DNA of 64,000 nt from Bacteroidota bacterium (lineage in GTDB: Bacteria > Bacteroidota > Bacteroidia > Chitinophagales > Saprospiraceae): NCBI GenBank assembly GCA_041160955.1, contig JBEAVK010000445.1, forward strand, positions 3,182 through 67,181. Reading direction: 5' to 3'. Shown piece after piece: positions 27,323-36,776 of this stretch. Numbering within the stretch: position 1 is the stretch's first letter; each line of letters starts with the position of its first letter. Under the pieces are notes generated by a model. That model ran no database searches. It saw only the letters and a list, made by a program, of their open reading frames with translations, and was not told where the DNA came from. The translations under genes were made by a program, and so were the position numbers.

Positions 27323-30148
27323 TTAGCGTATGTCTATTTTCGCTGTTCCGATCAATTGCTGATCGGTGGTCATGCGTACAAAATACAATCCGGAAGGCAA
27401 ACTACCGCGCTGAAAACGCCATGTACTGCCTTGGTTCAATTGGGTGGCCACGGTGCGACCATTTGCGTCCACGATTTCGAACCGAACGGCTGTACCAGCA
27501 GGCAATTGTTGCACCATCAGATCTACATAATCTGTCATTGGGTTGGGGCTTACTTTTATTTCCGCACCTTTCCATACTGGTTGCCAAGCCGATACGAGCA
27601 AAGGCACAAAAGACGTATCTACTCGGTGATGGGTCGTATTAGTGGTAATAGGGGCGTTATAATCGAAATAAATATCTGCTGTATTGTAAATATCTGTTCC
27701 AAACGGTACATTTTTCTGCTGTGATACGCGGTACGATACAAAACCTTGCGACGCTGCCAGGTTGGTTGTGCTATCGGGCAGTTTAATATCGTCGAACGTA
27801 AATTTCATATTTGCACCTGTTCCATAGAACTCAAAACGATAAGGATGGCTAGATGGGCCGGGGATAATCGTTTTTGGGTCAAGCCAAGGCGAAAGCACAT
27901 CGCGCAAAACAACCGTAAATGCGGTATCATTACCTGTGTTTTGGAAACGAATCAAGTATTCAATATCGGTATTTCGGTTCAATTGCTGCTTTATACCAAA
28001 ACCTTTTGGCTCGGCTTGTTTGTCGTTAGGATCATAACTGCCAATATTTTCTGTGCAGTCAATATCTATCCACCAGTCTGCATCATCTTGAGGAAACTGA
28101 GTAACATAACCTGTACTAAAATTAGCATTAGTGGTACAGCCTTCTACGGTTACCGAGGGATAAGAAAGACCTGGGTGGTTGGCTTCTTGTGTGGCCTCCA
28201 AGCGCCATGTGCTGCCATTAGCAGGTACTTTTACACTATATGGTTCGTTGGGAGCCAATATAATAATAGGTGGAGGACTGCTCATGCGCATTACAGCGTC
28301 TTCAATGATGAGGTATTCCAAAGCCGAACTCATATTGGCCGATCCTGTGTTCTCGAGTTTGAAAGTAATCGAATCCGATTGGCATTCCGCACCTACAGCA
28401 AGGCTGGCTCCCGACCAGTTTTGGGCTTGTGGCCCACAGGGATCATTGGGGAATGAAGTGGCTGTTGTACAATGGGCCTCACCCGGTACTGCATCACATT
28501 TAACGCCTACCGTTATTTGAAAAGAACCCTTGGTTAAAGGTGCTACAGTGTCGAGTTGGAACCGATATGTATTATTGCCAATATTAAAAGATGGTAAACT
28601 TGCTGAGGTGAACAGAAAATCGTCGTCGAGTGCTACTTCAATATAAGCATCAGTCGTTTCTGTGCTACCTGTGTTTTTATAAAGTACCGAATAATATGCA
28701 GTGGAGCACCTTCGTATCAATCCAGTTGCGATTTCCACTTCCAGCCTAGGGCATAGGTCTTGGGGCTGCAATAAAAAGTCAATAGAAATCGTATCCGATC
28801 CTGTTAATGTGACCGTTTGAACAGGTGTACAGGTCGTCCACAAGCCACTGGGCGATATTACCTCTACGGTATAAGTACCCGGTTCTAGTCCTCTGTACCA
28901 GCTACCGTCATTATAAGTGTAGCCATAAATGATATTACTATTTGCATCTGTAATTTGGACTTGAGCATTAGGAAATGCGATATCGCCTGCATCTTGGAGG
29001 CAGTTATTATTCATATCGGCCCAAATATGCCCTTCTACTTGACTGCAATCCACTTTTTCGTAATAGTAGGAGGCTACCTTCGTACACCCAAAGGCTGGTA
29101 AAGTAACTGTAAGTGTGTAAAGTCCAGATGCGGTTGGATAAATATTATTGGCTTCTGAGCCATTACTCCAAAGGAACGTTGCGCCAGCAGTTTCTGCTAC
29201 ATTGCTCGAAAGCCACACAATGCTATTGGAATCAGAACAAGAGAAATATTGATCTTCTAGCGTGATTTGCGGATCAAAACCTTCTGAATAGGGTATAAAT
29301 TTTTGCCCAGTATCTACACAACCACCACCCGAAGCCGTTACGCTATAAGTGGCACCTGCTGGGAGATTTGGTACATCAATAGTTGATGTGGTTGCTCCAG
29401 TACTCCACAGATAACCTGTAACATTAGCACCTGTGCCTACACTAAGGGTTTGAGTCGCAGGATCGGCATCGCAACCTGGTGGGTCATTGGCTATAATGAC
29501 TAGATTTCCTGAACTATACTCAACAGTTCCATAACCAACCGCTGTACAACCAGAAGACTGGTCTGTAACGGTAGCAGTGTATGTACCCGGCTGATATACG
29601 GTAATATTCCAGGCTGTCGAGGTTGGTACGGTACTCCATTGAAAAGTGAAGGGGCCGCCGCTTCCACCACCGCCGACGGAGCTAGTCATATTTACAGAAG
29701 TATTAAAACAACTAAGTTTGCCGTACACAAAAATGTTGACTTGGTGTGCCTGACGTACAGTTAATTTACCAATATAAGTAACTGAAAGGCAAGGATCTGT
29801 AATATCCACTTGGGTAGAGCCGGGTATATTATTACCCGCAATTGCCGCAATAGCGTACTCTCCCGGCGGTAAATTGACGGAAAACTGTGGCGCACCAAAT
29901 CCCGTTGCGAGGATACTACCCAATTGGGTGGGTGTACCCGAATGGACAACGTAGTTGACGAATTCGCCTGTTCCCAATACCGCACCCGTCACAGGTGGGA
30001 CTGTGATGGTGGCTGATGTTTGACAGATGGAAAGATCCGTAGGGGTTGCATTACCCGCAAATGTGTTGCATTGTGCTGAAATACTGCCCCAATTTAGTGC
30101 AAGTAGTACGAGCAAAAATGCAAATTGTAATAAGTGTTTTTTTAACAT
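27323..30148 (-). CDS. multi-domain T9SS-secreted surface protein with SprB-type repeats
   Basis: 941 aa. Signal peptide, then Cys-bounded repeats resembling SprB repeats (GGGSGGPFTFQWST...YTATVTDQSSGC; TGYLWSTGATTS...YSVTASGGGC; ATFLWSNGSE...YTLTVTLPAFGC). An SdrD-B/Cna-like segment follows. Next come SYDPNDK...EYLIRFQNTGNDTAFTVVLRD. The C-terminus is a type-A T9SS CTD (VSPNPMTDYVDL...SGLYFVRM). Confidence 0.8.
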   Translation of the reverse strand: MLKKHLLQFAFLLVLLALNWGSISAQCNTFAGNATPTDLSICQTSATITVPPVTGAVLGTGEFVNYVVHSGTPTQLGSILATGFGAPQFSVNLPPGEYAIAAIAGNNIPGSTQVDITDPCLSVTYIGKLTVRQAHQVNIFVYGKLSCFNTSVNMTSSVGGGGSGGPFTFQWSTVPTSTAWNITVYQPGTYTATVTDQSSGCTAVGYGTVEYSSGNLVIIANDPPGCDADPATQTLSVGTGANVTGYLWSTGATTSTIDVPNLPAGATYSVTASGGGCVDTGQKFIPYSEGFDPQITLEDQYFSCSDSNSIVWLSSNVAETAGATFLWSNGSEANNIYPTASGLYTLTVTLPAFGCTKVASYYYEKVDCSQVEGHIWADMNNNCLQDAGDIAFPNAQVQITDANSNIIYGYTYNDGSWYRGLEPGTYTVEVISPSGLWTTCTPVQTVTLTGSDTISIDFLLQPQDLCPRLEVEIATGLIRRCSTAYYSVLYKNTGSTETTDAYIEVALDDDFLFTSASLPSFNIGNNTYRFQLDTVAPLTKGSFQITVGVKCDAVPGEAHCTTATSFPNDPCGPQAQNWSGASLAVGAECQSDSITFKLENTGSANMSSALEYLIIEDAVMRMSSPPPIIILAPNEPYSVKVPANGSTWRLEATQEANHPGLSYPSVTVEGCTTNANFSTGYVTQFPQDDADWWIDIDCTENIGSYDPNDKQAEPKGFGIKQQLNRNTDIEYLIRFQNTGNDTAFTVVLRDVLSPWLDPKTIIPGPSSHPYRFEFYGTGANMKFTFDDIKLPDSTTNLAASQGFVSYRVSQQKNVPFGTDIYNTADIYFDYNAPITTNTTHHRVDTSFVPLLVSAWQPVWKGAEIKVSPNPMTDYVDLMVQQLPAGTAVRFEIVDANGRTVATQLNQGSTWRFQRGSLPSGLYFVRMTTDQQLIGTAKIDIR

Positions 30149-30321
30149 AATTTATTTTTTTAGTTGTGACCTAGAATATGCTGAACCGATTCTTTTTCAT
30201 GTTACAAAAGTGCGGCGGTACTACTAGGTGTACAAGTACATTTTTTGTGTTTTGTAGATTTTTTTTTGATATTTTTTTTGTTAAAATATTGATTTATAGG
30301 TTTTTATTAAAAATTAAAAAA

Positions 30322-30329
30322 TAACTTTG
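30322..30329 (+). promoter_or_regulatory. candidate -7 promoter box for the 483-aa ORF
   Basis: TAACTTTG matches TAnnTTTG, 22 nt upstream of ATG 30352, within a very AT-rich divergent spacer. Confidence 0.45.
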
Positions 30330-30351
30330 CTGTCTAAATTGTATCATTAAA

Positions 30352-31803
30352 ATGGAAAAATCTTTGCTTTGGCAAACATTCACGGCACTTACACCTTTGG
30401 AATGCAAACATTTAGGGCAATGGATGCGCTCGGAGTTTATTAATCGGCGTGAACCACCGCTGTTTTTGTACGATTATTTGGCGCAATGTTTACAGCAAAA
30501 GCAAATACCCACCAATGAAAATGCGATGGCCTATCTTTTTGATCAAAAGGGGCAATTGCCGTTTAAACGTAAGGCAATCGCTGAAAAGGATATATCACAG
30601 GCCAAAGAACAGGCTTTTCGTTTAGTTTCCAGTGAATTATTGGAACAAATTGAACAATTTCTAGCATTCAAGGAGTTTTTTGCAGATCAGGTTGCTGTTG
30701 GCCTAAAAGTATCCGCTACTTATCGCAAACGTGGATTGGACAAACATTTTACCCAATCTATCGCTTTTGCTGCGCGCCACCTTGATCGCCAACCGTTCCG
30801 GCACGCAGAATACCACGACCAAAAAGAAGCCCTAGAACATGAACAATATCGGTTTTTGAGTACGGGTAGGCGTACTGTTTCTTTAAATATTCAAACCTTG
30901 ACCGATCAAACTGATTTGGCTTTTATGTCCAAAAAACTTCGGCAGGCGTGTATCGCTCGTTCGCATCAAAATGTATATAAAACAGAATACCAATTTGGGC
31001 TACTTCAATCGGTTTTGGATTATATCTATTCAACGCCTGCTGTCCTTCAAAATCCGAGTATTGCGCTATACTTTTTTGGGTATCATTTTTTGTCGGGTAT
31101 GGATACCAGTCTATATTTTCAATCTTTTAAAACCCGATTATTGAGCGATGCCAAGGAATTACCACCCGAGGAGCAAAGCAATTTGCACTTAATGGCGATT
31201 AATTATTGTATCAAACGGATCAATGTACGGGATATGCCCTATTTCCGCGAAGCCTTTGATTTGTACCGTTCTGCATTGGATGGCGATTTATTACTCGAAA
31301 ACGGCGTGCTCTCTCATTTTGCATTCAATAATATTGTGGCCATTGCCCTGCGTATTGCTGAAATGGCTTGGGCGGAGCAATTTATCCATCAGTTTCATGA
31401 AAAAATTGAAAAAAAACACCGCAATGCTGCCTACCACCTCAATCTTGCGCGGGTGGCTTATGAGCGCAAACAGCACGATATTGCGCTCGTTCATTTGCAA
31501 GATGCAGATTATAAAGATTTGATTAACAACCTAATAGCCAAAACATTGCTACTCAAGATTTACTACGAAACCGATGCATTAGACGCTTTAGATGCCCATC
31601 TGCAAAGTATGCAAACCTTTATTCGCAGGCAGCGGATTATTGGTTACCACAAGACCAATTATATGAATATTATCCGATTTACCAAAAAACTGGTGGCTGT
31701 TTTGCCTTCGAATCGGCAGGAGCGGGAATTATTAATCCAGCAGATTTCGGAGGAGCAACACCTTACAGAGCGGGAATGGCTGCTTGCGCAATTGAAAGGA
31801 TAG
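30352..31803 (+). CDS. hypothetical all-helical (TPR-like) cytoplasmic protein
   Basis: Long uninterrupted 483-aa ORF with protein-like composition, no signal peptide and a repeat-helix character in the C-terminal half. I recognise no family. Confidence 0.55.
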   Translation: MEKSLLWQTFTALTPLECKHLGQWMRSEFINRREPPLFLYDYLAQCLQQKQIPTNENAMAYLFDQKGQLPFKRKAIAEKDISQAKEQAFRLVSSELLEQIEQFLAFKEFFADQVAVGLKVSATYRKRGLDKHFTQSIAFAARHLDRQPFRHAEYHDQKEALEHEQYRFLSTGRRTVSLNIQTLTDQTDLAFMSKKLRQACIARSHQNVYKTEYQFGLLQSVLDYIYSTPAVLQNPSIALYFFGYHFLSGMDTSLYFQSFKTRLLSDAKELPPEEQSNLHLMAINYCIKRINVRDMPYFREAFDLYRSALDGDLLLENGVLSHFAFNNIVAIALRIAEMAWAEQFIHQFHEKIEKKHRNAAYHLNLARVAYERKQHDIALVHLQDADYKDLINNLIAKTLLLKIYYETDALDALDAHLQSMQTFIRRQRIIGYHKTNYMNIIRFTKKLVAVLPSNRQERELLIQQISEEQHLTEREWLLAQLKG

Positions 31804-31809
31804 CGTTAA

Positions 31810-32937
31810 CTATTTACCAGAAGCCTTATAAATCGCCTCTAAAAGACCATCTTTAGGTGTATCACAGCCCAATACCCAGAACATAATGCCGCCAAGTTGT
31901 GCATTTTTGGCGTATTTCGTTTTTTCGGCAACGGAAATAGGATCGTCGAAAGTCGCAAATTGGCGGCTCTCGGGGTTATAGGCAAATGGTGCTTTCGCCT
32001 GTTCGTCCCTATGGAATACAAACCCGTTTTGGGTGCTTAATCGCTTTGGAAATTGGTTGTATGGAATAAAATGCTGGAATTTTCCATTTTGATATAGGCC
32101 ATTGTCTGTACTGGCCACCTGTTCCCAAGTACGGGCATAAAAAGCGGCTCCAACGATGATTTTTGCCCGTGGCACCTGCAACGAATCCAAGTAACGAATA
32201 GCGTAATCCAATGAATTTTGTTGTTTAGCGTTAGCATACAGCGGTGTATGGTGTCCCGTTACAGTGCTAAAGCCATTGGTAAGGTCGTACGACATTAAAT
32301 TAATCCTATTGAGCAAAGGCATTACTTTTTGCCATTCTACGCTTTCGTCAAAAAAAGATTTAAAACCTCCTGCTGCAAAACTAAGTTCGTATTTTTTGCC
32401 CATAATAGCGCGTAATTCCTTGATTAACAGCGTAAAATCTTCGCGACCACTTGCTGCCCAATCATGCCCCGGGCATCCTTCAATACCCGGGTATTCCCAA
32501 TCCAAATCAAGGCCATCTGCTCCAAAATCCTTCAAAAGGCGCAGCGTAGAGACTGCAAAATCATGTCTTCCTGCTTCGGTGGCAAATACCTGAGCGCAGG
32601 TTTTGCATCCACACCAACCGCCGAGCGATAACAGTACTTTGAGTTGTGGGTGTTTTTGTTTTAAGGCCACTAATTTCCGAATCGTCAGGCTGTCTTCGGC
32701 ATTATCAATGGTCAAAAGGTTTCCGCGAAGGTGGCAAAAACTAAAAATGACCTGAGTCAATTGGTCAAAACGGTATTGATCCAAATCGCTGCCATTTCCA
32801 TCGTAGTAAGCGATAATTTCAAAAGGTTTTGAGGACTTAGAGTCTTGTTTGTGTAGGGTACTGCAGGCTAAAAACAGCGAGCATAACAAGGAGACAATGG
32901 CCAATTTGAGCAGATGGGCAGCGAGGTGTATTTGCAT
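31810..32937 (-). CDS. glycoside hydrolase family 18 (chitinase-like) lipoprotein
   Basis: GH18 catalytic motif DGLDLDWEYP. Lipoprotein-like signal ...CSLFLAC. 375 aa. Confidence 0.85.
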   Translation of the reverse strand: MQIHLAAHLLKLAIVSLLCSLFLACSTLHKQDSKSSKPFEIIAYYDGNGSDLDQYRFDQLTQVIFSFCHLRGNLLTIDNAEDSLTIRKLVALKQKHPQLKVLLSLGGWCGCKTCAQVFATEAGRHDFAVSTLRLLKDFGADGLDLDWEYPGIEGCPGHDWAASGREDFTLLIKELRAIMGKKYELSFAAGGFKSFFDESVEWQKVMPLLNRINLMSYDLTNGFSTVTGHHTPLYANAKQQNSLDYAIRYLDSLQVPRAKIIVGAAFYARTWEQVASTDNGLYQNGKFQHFIPYNQFPKRLSTQNGFVFHRDEQAKAPFAYNPESRQFATFDDPISVAEKTKYAKNAQLGGIMFWVLGCDTPKDGLLEAIYKASGK

Positions 32938-32961
32938 GATTCATTAAATTCGGATGAATTG

Positions 32962-32969
32962 CAAAGGTA
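32962..32969 (-). promoter_or_regulatory. candidate -7 promoter box for GH18 gene
   Basis: CAAAGGTA on the + strand equals TACCTTTG on the - strand (TAnnTTTG), 24 nt upstream of ATG 32937. Confidence 0.45.
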
Positions 32970-33049
32970 GTGCTTGTGTGGGCAATATTTTACGTACCTT
33001 ATCAAATATGCCAGCAAGATAAAATTGCTGAATTGGTAATATTATTTGC

Positions 33050-33412
33050 TCATTCGTGTTGAAAATGCATCGAAATAAAAGATTTAGCCCGATATAAAAC
33101 TGAAATGCGCATTGGCCCCACTTCCATACCTGTTATTATGGAGTTAACTGTTGCTATTGGAGTACTTACACCTGTAGATGCATTGACACTAAAGATCGTA
33201 TTTGCGAAAATGGTATAATACGTTGTGCCAGACCCAACAGCCATATCATTAAATACTTGCGCATTCGTCACAAGCGTTGTCGCACAGGTACTTATATTTA
33301 ATGAGTATATTTGGTTGTTTAAATTGCTAAAAAATATAGTTTGACTACTTGCTTTTTGTGCCAATAAAAGTAGCAGCATTACCATGATTATGTTATATCG
33401 TAGTATTTTCAT
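33050..33412 (-). CDS. hypothetical small secreted protein (possibly a gene fragment)
   Basis: 120-aa ORF with signal peptide MVMLLLLLAQKASSQ in an AT-rich region. No family recognised. Confidence 0.3.
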   Translation of the reverse strand: MKILRYNIIMVMLLLLLAQKASSQTIFFSNLNNQIYSLNISTCATTLVTNAQVFNDMAVGSGTTYYTIFANTIFSVNASTGVSTPIATVNSIITGMEVGPMRISVLYRAKSFISMHFQHE

Positions 33413-33510
33413 CGGTACTTAACAATATTAAATTCTCTAAAGTTTTGACTAAAAATAGCATTTATAGTAGGTTGTTCGGGCTTTGTAATTATATCGGGGT
33501 GGCAAGTAAG

Positions 33511-33924
33511 TTAAATTGCTCCGTAACTAATTACATGAGCAACATACTTTTTTCTGAAAGTACGCCTCCTATCGACTCTTAATTCAAGACAGGCACCTGT
33601 CAATGGTTTATAAAAATAAAATCTGTAACCCTTCTTTTCTCGTTTGATAAAAAGTAAATCAACTAAATATTTATCCTTTTTATTGAAGGATTCGATATCG
33701 GTAACAATCTTTACTTTTTTACTCAGTTTGTTGCCGCAGGCGACCGCCATAGCCGTTGTATCTACAATTGTAATGATAGTTTGCTTGTTTATGCTGTTAA
33801 AAAATATTTTGTTAAACATCTTATGATTGATCGCTGCTTCAAAAACCTTACATTCAATTGGTATATTTTGTCCTGAAACAAATTTTGAAATAAGTACAAA
33901 GATAAAAACATTACAAATTTTCAT
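33511..33924 (-). CDS. hypothetical small secreted protein
   Basis: ORF with an internal ATG at 33924 that gives signal peptide MKICNVFIFVLISKFVSGQ. The longer track version (start 33987) begins with a Lys-rich stretch. AT-rich region, no family recognised. Confidence 0.3.
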   Translation of the reverse strand: MKICNVFIFVLISKFVSGQNIPIECKVFEAAINHKMFNKIFFNSINKQTIITIVDTTAMAVACGNKLSKKVKIVTDIESFNKKDKYLVDLLFIKREKKGYRFYFYKPLTGACLELRVDRRRTFRKKYVAHVISYGAI

Positions 33925-34210
33925 AACTAAATTATTCACTTTTTTCCTTTTTGTTTTAGGTTTTTTCGTGCTGCTCCAGTTGGGCATACACTGCCGAAAG
34001 CGTAGTTATTCTGCACCGAAATATACATCCGGCATAAAGAACGGTGGTGTAGGTTGCGTCGGTGGTGGCGTATTGGCCATTTTTCAATCAGCTACGCGGT
34101 AATAGTGGCGCAAACAAGCGATGGCACTATTATTGACGCTACTGTCAGCACGTGGCGCGGTTGAGGATACGTTCGCATGTAAGGGATAAGGAAGAAAGAG
34201 CATATTTCGC

Positions 34211-34552
34211 TCAAGATGCGATAGCAAATCCTTCTAGGCTTCTCGCTTTTTCAGGCACAAACCCAAGTACAATATCGCTCCGTGATACGCCTTTATCAAT
34301 CAATTCATCAGCAATCAAAACATCTGTATTGTTTTGTTGTATCCAGATCTTATCATTAATAATATCAAAATGGAAGGCTACGGTGTAAACATATCGGTTG
34401 TTGTGCCAACCAATAGATAGTAACAGATAATGATTGCGTACCGCATCAATCAACATTTGTGAATGGACATCGGGTGTGAGCGACTTTCTTATAGAAGCGT
34501 ATTCTTGGAGAATATCACAGATTATTTGTTGATATTTTGTTGTTTTATCCAT
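34211..34552 (-). CDS. xisI: XisI family protein
   Basis: 113 aa. Family-typical blocks: LLSIGWHNNRYVYTVAFHFDIINDKIWIQQNNTD, DELIDKGVSRSDIVLGF and the ending GFAIAS. The start overlaps the end of the xisH reading frame, the usual xisH-xisI arrangement. Confidence 0.85.
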   Translation of the reverse strand: MDKTTKYQQIICDILQEYASIRKSLTPDVHSQMLIDAVRNHYLLLSIGWHNNRYVYTVAFHFDIINDKIWIQQNNTDVLIADELIDKGVSRSDIVLGFVPEKARSLEGFAIAS

Positions 34553-34956
34553 TTTATTACTTTTTTAGTATAAGGATCAAAAATTATAATATCTATCTTA
34601 TTGCGATTAATAGATTTTTGAATGAATGGCCGCTGGAAAAAATCACTCCAAGCACCTTCCGGAATTGCCAACCAAACTGAACGCAAAGGATCTAACTCTT
34701 CTAAGGATAAGCGATAATTATCATATTACCCCAAAGCTTTATGAAACTCAGATACAGGGGATTGACCAACAAAACACTTGATCTCAACAGCAATTTTCTC
34801 ATTACCGCGTTCAGCACCAATGACGCGCTCTGCCCCCAAATCAGCCAGCAACTCAACCTCCCCAACACTCAAATCCAATGGATCATCTGTGATAACCCAA
34901 CCTTCACTTTCAAGTGCTTCCTTAAATTCAAAATGGAAAAGATCTTTTTTTGCCAT
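34522..34956 (-). pseudogene. xisH: xisH interrupted by an in-frame TAA
   Basis: The N-terminal 76 codons (MAKKDLFHFEFKEALESEGWVITDDPL...IAVEIKCFVGQSPVSEFHKALG) end at TAA 34726-34728. The same frame continues YDNYRLSLEELDPLRSVWLAIPEGAWSDFFQRPFIQKSINRNKIDIIIFDPYTKKVIKWI... to TAA 34522-34524. This matches the XisH C-terminal half, where the family has G-Q-Y at the break, so a CAA to TAA change is likely. Confidence 0.8.
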
Positions 34957-34976
34957 ATTATTTTTTATAACGCAGG

Positions 34977-34984
34977 CAAAGATA
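34977..34984 (-). promoter_or_regulatory. candidate -7 promoter box for xisH-xisI
   Basis: CAAAGATA on the + strand equals TATCTTTG on the - strand (TAnnTTTG), 20 nt upstream of ATG 34956. Confidence 0.45.
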
Positions 34985-35170
34985 AGGCAAATATACAGAT
35001 CATTGAGCGATGTTTAGGGTGTTGAAGACTTTTTTTATTGACCTTTTGGACTTCCTCATTAAAGTTGACACTTAAATAAGGGTCGATTAGTAAAGGTTAC
35101 CACTATAATGAATTTACATTATTTGTTTTTTATGTATTTTTGACTATTTGCTATACAGTGTACTTACCAC

Positions 35171-35217
35171 AAAAAAAACTAAGCGTTTAACACTTGTCAT
35201 CAAATGCTAAACGCTTA
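35171..35217 (-). terminator. rho-independent terminator at the end of the PUL (after susD)
   Basis: 10-bp stem taagcgttta (35180-35189) / taaacgctta (35208-35217). It is followed on the - strand by a T-run (A-run 35171-35178 on the + strand). It is 33 nt downstream of the susD stop. Confidence 0.7.
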
Positions 35218-35249
35218 ATTTAAATTACTTACATAATAAACTCCTTTAA

Positions 35250-36737
35250 TTAATAACCCGCATTCTGCCCTACTTTCCCACCAGTAAGATCCACTTCTGT
35301 TTGAGGAATCGGTAATACTTCATGCTTACCATCTACAAAGGGTTTACCCACGGCTTTCATCGTTTGGCTGGCCCTGCCCCACCGCAATAAATCAAACCAC
35401 CGATGGTTTTCCATCGCCAGTTCTACGCGGCGCTCTTTGTATATTCTTTCGCGTAGCATAGATTGGTCTGTTATCGTAACATCGGGTAGGATAAAGTTGT
35501 TGGTGCCCCTGGCCCGCTTACGCACTTGATTGAGCAATGGCAATGCCTCTGATGATTTACCGAGTTCGTTTTTGGCCTCGGCAGCAAGGAGCAATATATC
35601 GGAATAGCGCAACACTCGGATATTACCGGGGCCATTATCCTGCAAACCTGGGTGTGCTGGTACCCACGCTTTTTGGTTATAACGCTCATTTATAATATCC
35701 GGGTTATCCATGACTTGGGTGCTGCCATCGGGTAGTATTTCGCCTACATAAATCACGGTTGCCTCGCGGCGTGGATCGCCGTTTTCGTAAGACATCACTA
35801 GGTTGTCGGAAGGGCGGTTAAATCCCCAACCCAAGTTCGGGGTACCACGCACGCCCTGTACCATATTATACGGTGAAGATCCTGGGCCAGCCGCTTGTTG
35901 GGTGGGCAGTGCAACGGTCTGGATTTCAAAAATAGATTCGGCACCGTTTTCGCCAATTTGTAAGAAATTATCGGAATAACGCTGTAATAAACTGTATTTT
36001 CCGCTATTAATAATGTCCATACATTGGATTTCGGCATTGCCCCAATCCTTTTTGAGCATGTATAATTTGGCGAGTAAACCCTTGGCTGCCGATTTCGTGA
36101 TACGTCCTTTGTCGGCTACCGCATAACCGTCTTTTTCGGGTAATACCGCAATGGCTTCTTTCAAATCGGTCTCGATTTGGGTGTATATTACTTCCTTTGG
36201 CTGGCGCGATTGGTCGTAATATTCCGAGCCTTGTAGTGTTTTGGTGACCAATACCAAATCGCCAAACCATTGTACTAAAAGGAAATACGAGTAGGCACGC
36301 ATGGTCTTGCATTCGCCGACCAAACGATCGCGTAAAGCGGCATCCATCTCTATTTTGGGTATGTTTTCGATGGCAACATTGGCGCGTGCAATGGTTCTGT
36401 AGTGGCCTCTATACACGGGGAATATAAAGGGGTTGGTGGCATCCATTGTAAAATTGTCGAGATCGGACATAAGGGGTGCGTCATTGGCAGTTGAACCCTT
36501 GTCGGAATCGTCGCTGAGGACATCGGTGCAGGCAATGAAAGGCAGCGCACAAAGATCAAAGCTGCGGTATTGCTCGTACACGGCATTGGTGGCTTGGATG
36601 GCTTGTGCTTCCGTTTTGAAAAATTCCTCAAATGTGAGTTCACCGGGTGGACGACGATCGAGGAAATCTTTTTGGCAATTGGTGGTTAACAGCAATAGTG
36701 CTGCTAAAAGGGCGAATGATTTATATATAGTATGCAT
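35250..36737 (-). CDS. susD: SusD/RagB-family nutrient-binding outer-membrane lipoprotein
   Basis: Lipoprotein signal ...LLLTTNC. 495 aa. The TPR-like SusD layout includes the C-terminal ERRVELAMENHRWFDLLRWG motif. Located directly downstream of susC. Confidence 0.9.
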   Translation of the reverse strand: MHTIYKSFALLAALLLLTTNCQKDFLDRRPPGELTFEEFFKTEAQAIQATNAVYEQYRSFDLCALPFIACTDVLSDDSDKGSTANDAPLMSDLDNFTMDATNPFIFPVYRGHYRTIARANVAIENIPKIEMDAALRDRLVGECKTMRAYSYFLLVQWFGDLVLVTKTLQGSEYYDQSRQPKEVIYTQIETDLKEAIAVLPEKDGYAVADKGRITKSAAKGLLAKLYMLKKDWGNAEIQCMDIINSGKYSLLQRYSDNFLQIGENGAESIFEIQTVALPTQQAAGPGSSPYNMVQGVRGTPNLGWGFNRPSDNLVMSYENGDPRREATVIYVGEILPDGSTQVMDNPDIINERYNQKAWVPAHPGLQDNGPGNIRVLRYSDILLLAAEAKNELGKSSEALPLLNQVRKRARGTNNFILPDVTITDQSMLRERIYKERRVELAMENHRWFDLLRWGRASQTMKAVGKPFVDGKHEVLPIPQTEVDLTGGKVGQNAGY

Positions 36738-36776
36738 TGTTGTTGATATTTTTTAATTTTTAGGAAACGTTTTTAT

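Noticed and set aside
33988-34210. GC-richer patch downstream of xisI with a 25-codon minus-strand ORF (MANTPPPTQPTPPFFMPDVYFGAE) and a weak 7-bp hairpin.
   Set aside because: It is too short and has no recognisable motif or terminator T-run. It may be a gene remnant, but I cannot support a call.
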